From assembly GCA_963754925.1 (NCBI GenBank), contig CAVWHX010000011.1:1-64000 (forward strand): a stretch of 64,000 bases of DNA, given 5' to 3'. Below the pieces are notes generated by a model. It made no database searches, was not told the origin of the DNA, and saw only the letters and a program-made list of their open reading frames with translations. The stretch's first letter is position 1. Each line of letters opens with the position of its first letter. The position numbers were made by a program, and so were the translations under genes. Positions 57,784 through 64,000 of the stretch are shown here, in pieces. This stretch comes from an uncultured delta proteobacterium (GTDB lineage Bacteria > Myxococcota > B64-G9).

Positions 57784-58581
57784 ATGAAACCTTTTGTTAA
57801 AATTGTAGTTTTTTTTGCGGCATTGACGCTAGCAGCGGGTATTGCACGGTCGAGCGCCTACGGTCAAACAGCCACCCTGAAGGTGGCTGCTGCCAGTGAA
57901 TCCGATCCACAACCGGTGCAACCGTCCTCTCCCACACCGACGAATGCGCCTCCACCGCCACCAACAGAAGCTCCTGTTCCACCGTCCAACGATACGCAAG
58001 CCTCGACCCAAGAAGTTGCTCCAACGGGGCAATGGGTTTACACGGATCAATACGGCTGGATCTGGATGCCTTACGGGGACGCATACAGCTATGTGCCTCC
58101 GAGCGGAGACCTTCCGGACATGTACGTTTACTATCCGACCGCCGGTTGGTGCTGGGTAGTTGCGCCCTGGTTATGGGGTTTCGGACCAATGCCGTTCTTC
58201 GGCATATATGGTCCGTGGTACTTCGGTTGGTATGGCCATGGGTATGGTCACTGGTATGGCTTTGAAAACCATCATGGCTACGCTGGATGGAACGGACGCG
58301 GCTACTGGCAGGGTGGGCGCTGGCATGGTCACAACCAGGTCTCACCCGGTTACCGAATGTCATCGCATGGTTCATACGGCATGCCTCACCGATCGGGGTA
58401 CCGGGCGCCTGCAACACATAGTTTTGGTTCGCCTCATAGTTTTTCATCACCTCGAAGTTTTTCATCCTCCCATGGTTTTGCCACTACGTCCCGAGGCGGA
58501 TTCGCGGGAAGAGGTGGGTTCTCTGGTGGAGGCGGGTTCGCAGGCAGAGGCGGTTTCGGCGGCCACGGTGGACATCGGTAA
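57784..58581 (+). CDS. Exported Pro-rich/Trp-Gly-rich protein with RGG-type tail
   Basis: Signal peptide, Pro linker, GQWVYT..YGWIWMP, Gly/His/Arg low-complexity C-terminus. Confidence 0.7.
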   Translation: MKPFVKIVVFFAALTLAAGIARSSAYGQTATLKVAAASESDPQPVQPSSPTPTNAPPPPPTEAPVPPSNDTQASTQEVAPTGQWVYTDQYGWIWMPYGDAYSYVPPSGDLPDMYVYYPTAGWCWVVAPWLWGFGPMPFFGIYGPWYFGWYGHGYGHWYGFENHHGYAGWNGRGYWQGGRWHGHNQVSPGYRMSSHGSYGMPHRSGYRAPATHSFGSPHSFSSPRSFSSSHGFATTSRGGFAGRGGFSGGGGFAGRGGFGGHGGHR

Positions 58582-58687
58582 TAAACTTCCGCGCCAAACC
58601 TCTTAATTGGGCAAACGGAAGAAGTCTAATACCGGATAGGTACAGATGTATTCTGTCGGTGAGTTTTTGGAAAATAAACTCGGCAGC

Positions 58688-59347
58688 TCATTCATAACTC
58701 ACCCGTGACCTTGGCTGCTCCCCTTTCGGACAAATCCAAACGCACCGCAAACACCATGGCAGGAGGCCTTCCGGACCGCGCGGCTCATATTCTCCTTTGG
58801 CCTTTCGGTACGATCGGCATTGGAGTCCTTGAAACTCGTTTTCCGAGATCGCGCTGGCAGGACACTCGTATATGCACAGATCGCACTCGTCGCAGAATTG
58901 CTCGCCCGACATCTCCGGCCGCAGATCCACCGCGGCGGTTGTCCCGATAACCCTGAGATGAACCCACGGACCCCAGACCGGGTGAAACAAGAACGTATTG
59001 GTCCCGATCTTGCCAAGCCCCGCAGCTTCAGCGACGAGACGGAATTGCAGGCCGCTCCCGGGATACGTCACCAGCACGGCGCGGTAACCCTTTTGAACCA
59101 ACTGGTCCCTGATCGCCTCGCAGAGACTCCTCAGATGATCATCCGCAGCACAGTGCTCTTCACATCCGCCGGTTGAATACCAGGTCCACTCTTCCTCCGT
59201 TACCACATGATGCGCCAGCACAACGGCAGTAACGGCATCCGGCATGAACGAGGCAAAGAACCACCGTTCGCGCTCGGCCAGCGCTTGGACCGGAACCGCC
59301 GCCAAGTTGCAACACGATGGGAGAGTAGGAAAGAGGCTAGTATTCAT
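58688..59347 (-). CDS. QueG-like 4Fe-4S protein
   Basis: AEAAGLGKIG, HPVWGPW, CDECDLCIYECP, CLRCVWICP. Confidence 0.75.
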   Translation of the reverse strand: MNTSLFPTLPSCCNLAAVPVQALAERERWFFASFMPDAVTAVVLAHHVVTEEEWTWYSTGGCEEHCAADDHLRSLCEAIRDQLVQKGYRAVLVTYPGSGLQFRLVAEAAGLGKIGTNTFLFHPVWGPWVHLRVIGTTAAVDLRPEMSGEQFCDECDLCIYECPASAISENEFQGLQCRSYRKAKGEYEPRGPEGLLPWCLRCVWICPKGEQPRSRVSYE

Positions 59348-59763
59348 TTCGCCTCGTCAACCATCTGGATAGTCATTTCCTCTAGACCCCGAAGCCATTG
59401 CGTTTGACCGCTGATTCAAGGTCCGCCGATGCTTGGTCGAATGTTTTGTTTGTTTCAACTAGGTAATACATGAATCACCTTGATCCTAGTGGCCACCCCT
59501 ATTTTACTGGGTATCATCCAATTCAGATAGGTTACAAGATAATTGGATGGCATCTTGGAGAGAATCTTCTGACTTTCGTAGAACCTGACAAGAATGTGGT
59601 TTGCAGAAAGGCGAAAAAACTAGTTGAAAAAAATGTTAAGAGATTATTTATTGTCGCTACATAGGTTTCTCAGAACACACGTGGGCAAAAATCGATGGAT
59701 CGCATGGAAAAATACGATCTGTCGTTGCAAGGTGTGCTGAGGGAATAGCAAAGATTGTGGAGA

Positions 59764-59794
59764 TATACAGAAACTATAGAATCACTTGTTGGGC
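59764..59794 (+). other. attI-like site at the head of the array
   Basis: GTTGGGC core (59788-94) complements GCCTAAC of cassette 1; no upstream attC palindrome. Confidence 0.45.
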
Positions 59795-59812
59795 CGTAAG
59801 AGGCTTGCCAAA

Positions 59813-60388
59813 ATGACGAACTGGCGAGATTTGGACTCACAAATGCAGCAATGGGTTGTCCGGCTACAGGAGGATGTCTGTCTTACGCTGGAGCAGTCCC
59901 GTCACCCTGTTTCCACAATCGCCGAAGAGGTTTCTAGGGCCCCGGCCGACGTGAGAGGTGGCATCACGGACGGTTCGCCTATCCCGTTGAGCGCACGTCG
60001 CGATGAACTCCTTGCATTCGACCAGTGGTTGATGGCCTCGGAGAAAGTGTACGACCCATCAGTAGGCCGCGCCCGGGTGATCACGCAGAGCTACGTATGC
60101 TTCGTCTATCTGCGCGATCATTGGTTCTACGGGCTTAAGAAGGCATTTCCATCTGACACGGTCGTCGCCCGATGCTGTACTTATCTTGTTTCAGGAGAGC
60201 TTCGTGCGTTTCGGAATGCCTTTGCGCACGGGTCTTGGTGCTATTCTCCGGACCATAGCGCGATCGACTACTGGGACAGAGACGGCATCCATCGGTCAGC
60301 CAACGAACAAGAGCTTGGTTTCTGGCAGGCCCTCAGTCGAGTAGTCGCCTATGCTACGATCCAGACGTTTCTCGATGCCGGGGCCTAA
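59813..60388 (+). CDS. Cassette 1: hypothetical protein with HEPN-like RxxxxH motif
   Basis: RNAFAH; stop codon inside R'' GCCTAAC. Confidence 0.65.
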   Translation: MTNWRDLDSQMQQWVVRLQEDVCLTLEQSRHPVSTIAEEVSRAPADVRGGITDGSPIPLSARRDELLAFDQWLMASEKVYDPSVGRARVITQSYVCFVYLRDHWFYGLKKAFPSDTVVARCCTYLVSGELRAFRNAFAHGSWCYSPDHSAIDYWDRDGIHRSANEQELGFWQALSRVVAYATIQTFLDAGA

Positions 60389-60450
60389 CAAGCGGTTCGA
60401 CCGGCTTGGTTCCGCTTCGCGGCCCCGACCGGTCAACGGCAGCGTTGCAC
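60383..60450 (+). other. attC site 1 (68 bp)
   Basis: R'' GCCTAAC; L'' GTTCGACCGG / L' CCGGTCAAC with extrahelical base; R' GTTGCAC. Confidence 0.88.
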
Positions 60451-60475
60451 TAATACAAAGGACAAAGGAGCAAAA

Positions 60476-61702
60476 ATGAAGAACAAACTCAAACTTTTTC
60501 AACGTATTGTGGTCGTTGCACTTATATTAAGCTCTTGCCTCGTAATTGCAGAAACAGACAGTGATATTCAAACATTAGTGAAGGGCAATAACGATTTTGG
60601 CTTTAATCTATATCAGAAACTCAAAGATCAAAAAGGTAACTTATTCTTCTCCCCCTACAGTATTTCTACTGTACTTGCAATGACTTACGCTGGCGCGAGA
60701 GGCCAAACAGCCAAACAAATGGCAGAAGTATTACATTTTACTTTGAATCAGGAGTCATTGCATTCATCGTTTTCAAAGCTCCAATCAGAACTAAATACTA
60801 TCCAAAATAAAGGACATATCGAACTCAGCATAGCCAATTCATTATGGGCAGAAGAGAGTTATCATTTCCTGTCTTCTTTCATTGACTTAAATAAAAAATA
60901 TTATGGTGCTAGCTTGGATTTCGTTGATTTTGTGAAACAACGCGAGGCTGCTCGACAGAAGATAAATAGCTGGGTGGAAGATAGAACTCAAAAGAAAATC
61001 ACAAAAATGATTAGTAAGGACGTGCTCGATGCTTATACAGTATTAGTTCTTTGCAATGCGATCTATTTCAAGGGAAACTGGTCGAACCAATTTGATAAAA
61101 CAATGACAAAAGATACTGATTTTTATATCGCCCCTGATAAAACAATAAAGGTTTCCATGATGAACAAAGAATCAAAATTTAAGTATAAGTATGATAACTT
61201 CAATGAATTTAGCGCTATAGAATTACCTTATGAAGGAAAAGACTTATCTATGGTTATCTTTCTGCCCAACAAGGTTGATGGTTTAGCAAATCTTGAAAAA
61301 GTCCTTACAAATGAAAATGTCTCACGTTGGATAGATGAACTCTCCACTGCATATGAATCAGAAATAATTGTAAGTTTGCCAAAATTTAAAACTACAACTG
61401 CGTTTGAATTAAAAGACATCCTTCGTAAAATGGGTATGCCTGATTCATTTGCATTTCACAAGGCAGACTTTTCAGGAATTACGGGCAAAAAGGATCTTTA
61501 CATAAGCAACGTTATTCATAAAGCTTACGTAGATGTTGATGAAGAAGGGACAGAAGCTGCTGCCGCGACGGGAGTTGTCATGAAGGCTCTTTCTATACCT
61601 CCAACCTTTCGAGCGGATCATCCTTTTGTGTTTCTAATTCGTGACATCAAAACGGGGAGTATTTTATTTATTGGCAGAATTGCCGATCCAAGAACAGAAT
61701 AA
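60476..61702 (+). CDS. Cassette 2: exported serpin
   Basis: FSPYSI, NAIYFKG.W, LPKF, hinge DEEGTEAAAAT, FRADHPF; signal peptide. Confidence 0.95.
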   Translation: MKNKLKLFQRIVVVALILSSCLVIAETDSDIQTLVKGNNDFGFNLYQKLKDQKGNLFFSPYSISTVLAMTYAGARGQTAKQMAEVLHFTLNQESLHSSFSKLQSELNTIQNKGHIELSIANSLWAEESYHFLSSFIDLNKKYYGASLDFVDFVKQREAARQKINSWVEDRTQKKITKMISKDVLDAYTVLVLCNAIYFKGNWSNQFDKTMTKDTDFYIAPDKTIKVSMMNKESKFKYKYDNFNEFSAIELPYEGKDLSMVIFLPNKVDGLANLEKVLTNENVSRWIDELSTAYESEIIVSLPKFKTTTAFELKDILRKMGMPDSFAFHKADFSGITGKKDLYISNVIHKAYVDVDEEGTEAAAATGVVMKALSIPPTFRADHPFVFLIRDIKTGSILFIGRIADPRTE

Positions 61703-61709
61703 AATAATC

Positions 61710-61780
61710 GTACAACAAGTCAATCCAGCGGACTGCGCCAGCGCTTTGCGCTGCCCCATCCGCTGATTTCTTTGTTATGC
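61710..61780 (+). other. attC site 2 (71 bp)
   Basis: R'' GTACAAC; ATCCAGCGGA / TCCGCTGAT; R' GTTATGC. Confidence 0.88.
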
Positions 61781-61796
61781 CACGTAGGGAGTCGAA

Positions 61797-62330
61797 GTGA
61801 ATATGTATATCGCTCTATTTCGAGGCATTAATGTCGGTGGAAAAAACATTTTGCCGATGAAAGATCTTGCCAGAATTTTTGAAGGTATGGGATTCGAAAA
61901 AGTCAAAACATACATACAGAGTGGTAATGCAGTGTTCTTGACCAAGAAAGACCAAACAAAAAAGATTGCATCAGAGATAAGCTCTAACATTCTGAAAAGT
62001 CATGGATTCAAACCGAGAGTATTGCTACTGGGAGTTTCAGAATTGAAAGATGCTATTGAAAAGAACCCTTTTAAGACAGCTAATGGAAAAGCTTTACATT
62101 TCTTTTTCCTGGAAGCCAACCCGATAAAGCCTGACTTGGATGCACTTATGAATGTAAAATCACCTTCCGAAGAATTTAAGCTCAGCAAAAAGATATTCTA
62201 TCTATACGCACCAGAGGGGATTGGTCGTTCCAAGTTGGCCGCCAAAGTCGAGCAAGCTCTTGGGGTTTCAGTAACGGCCAGAAACTGGAATACGGTTAGC
62301 AAACTTATTGCAATGAGTAACCAGGCATAA
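61797..62330 (+). CDS. Cassette 3: DUF1697 family protein
   Basis: YIAL.RGINVGG, TYIQSGN, TARNWNTV. Confidence 0.9.
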   Translation: MNMYIALFRGINVGGKNILPMKDLARIFEGMGFEKVKTYIQSGNAVFLTKKDQTKKIASEISSNILKSHGFKPRVLLLGVSELKDAIEKNPFKTANGKALHFFFLEANPIKPDLDALMNVKSPSEEFKLSKKIFYLYAPEGIGRSKLAAKVEQALGVSVTARNWNTVSKLIAMSNQA

Positions 62331-62382
62331 CGAAACAAATTCAGCCAAGGTAAAAAGCGCGCGGCTGATTTTATCGTTATGC
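62325..62382 (+). other. attC site 3 (58 bp)
   Basis: R'' GCATAAC; AATTCAGCC / GGCTGATT; R' GTTATGC. Confidence 0.85.
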
Positions 62383-62598
62383 TCATTTACTTATTAACTC
62401 AATCCTTGAAGAAACATTGAAACAAATTGAAAAAGAAGCTGGTAACTTCTGAACCCGAAAGGGATCGCGATATTAATTATTAACTATTTTTGAAGAAGTT
62501 AAGAAAGATAAAATGAATAATGAACAGTTAAGATGTGACCTCGTTCGGTTACTGATTCATCAGCGTTAATATTTTTACCAATAACAGGAGAATCTGGT

Positions 62599-63898
62599 AT
62601 GAGGATACTGTTTGTCTCGACCAATCGGTCCAGAGCTGCCATACTGCCGATGCCGCTGGGACTGGCGTCCATCATTGCCCAGATGGATGAATCGCGACAC
62701 GAGATCAATGTGCTTGACTTGATGTTTTGCGATCAGCCCGAAGCAGAATTAAATCGAACCTTGGCACGATTTAAGCCCAGATAATCGCCCTTTCGATCAG
62801 AAATCTAGATAATCAAAGCTGTCTCAATACAGAATACTATCTACCCCTGGATAAAAAATTCGTGGAAGTATGCAGGGAAAACTCCCAAGCCACCATTATC
62901 ATCGGCGGACCGGCGTTTACTGTCAGTCCGTTGGCGGTTTTTGAATATCTTGAGCCCGATTTCGGAGTTATCGGCGAAGGTGAAACCGTATTTCCGAAGC
63001 TGGTAGATCGAATAGGACAAGGCTCTGAATACACGGATCTACCGGGACTGGTATGGAGAGATGCAGGTGGAGTTCAATATAATCCGCGCGAATTCGTCAC
63101 CAACCTGGACGCGCTGAAGCCTCCACGCAGGGACTTGTTCGATAATCAGCAATACGCCAAAAAAAGGGGCATGGCCAATATCGTGGTAAAACAGGGCTGC
63201 ACCTTTGAGTGTCTCTATTGTGACGGCCCGCATGTTATGGGTAAACACTGGCGGATGAAATCTCCGCAGACAGTAGCGGAGGAGCTGGAATCGATCCAGA
63301 AGGACATTGGCGTTAAACTGGTGTATTTTACTGATGCCATTTTCAATCATCCGGTAGAACATGCCAAAGCCATCTGCCAGGCTATTATCGGTCGCGGTCT
63401 CAGTATTAACTGGGTGGCCACAGTACATCCTGCCTTTGTAGACAGATCACTCCTTGAATTGATGAAAAAAGCCGGCTGTGCGGCAGCCTCACCCAGTTGT
63501 GACGCTTGCTCTGAAAAGATGCTCCACGTACTGCGAAAGGGCTTCACCAAGGATGAATTAAAGTCCTGCCTGATACTGCTGGAAGAAATGGAAATAAGCT
63601 ACCTCCTCTCCCTGCTGTTCGGTGCCCCTGGGGAGAACAGGGAGACGGTGGAAGAGTCCATCCGATTCCTCGAAGAACGAAAACCCATGATGCTGGATTT
63701 CTGTGCGGGGATACGGTTAATGCCGCATACACCGCTGTTCGACATTGCGGTTAGCGAGGGCGTTATTTCGGCGGACGACCCGCTCATGGAGCCCAGGTTC
63801 TACATCAGCCCCGATATCGAAGACTGGATCGAGGAATACCTCACGGAGGTTCGTTCCACCCATGAAAAATGGAATGTGAGCTGGAAAAACAAGCCGTG
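62599..63898 (+). pseudogene. B12-binding radical SAM protein split by a 1-bp deletion near 62779 (possible sequencing error)
   Basis: N-terminal PLGL in ORF 62599..62784; IALSIRNLD, GG, GEGE and CTFECLYC in the next frame. Confidence 0.75.
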
Positions 63899-64000
63899 AT
63901 GGATGCGTTGCGGGATACGCTCTGCACCGACCCACCCACCCCTGTTGGTTTCATGGCTCCCGTTATCTCTCACTGCACTTCCATTGACATGATATACAGA

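Larger units (their letters stand above)
59788..62382 (+). mobile_element. Integron gene-cassette array lacking an integrase in this window (CALIN), 3 cassettes
   Basis: Three attC sites; each cassette's leading core site is complementary to its own R'' box. Confidence 0.85.

Noticed and set aside
59350..59787. Integron integrase or remnant; 64-aa ORF 59470..59664
   Set aside because: No tyrosine-recombinase motifs seen; the ORF lacks recognisable features

Overview
Bacterial chromosomal window of about 55-60% GC by eye. Gene content suggests Myxococcota or deltaproteobacterial affinity: an FHA-GGDEF protein, a HEAT-repeat chemosensory cluster and a sigma54 regulator. It holds about 55 CDS and one tRNA-Met. 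Housekeeping and metabolic genes include gdhA, ilvE, an acyl-CoA dehydrogenase, a FadF-like oxidoreductase, DnaJ/Hsp20, PIN-PhoH, ftsB and exbBD, plus a 12-kb che operon. Accessory DNA has four parts. (1) A 2917-bp IS1-family cargo transposon (6246-9162) with perfect 19-bp TIRs and an 8-bp TSD. It carries a solo wHTH-PD-(D/E)XK nuclease, small ORFs and a ~630-bp structured internal region with a candidate attenuator/ncRNA; this is the best candidate for an undescribed system. (2) An IS1182-family element inserted into a GTAG REP. (3) An integrase-less integron cassette array with 3 attC sites, carrying a HEPN-motif protein, an exported serpin and DUF1697. (4) Several REP-like repeat families. 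Other points of interest are a bacterial Tam41-like nucleotidyltransferase, an activase-like ATPase coupled to a tRNA thiouridylase-like gene, a full sigma54 promoter driving an ORF antisense to suhB, and three single-base frameshifts that may be assembly errors. All calls come from reading motifs by eye; no database searches were run.
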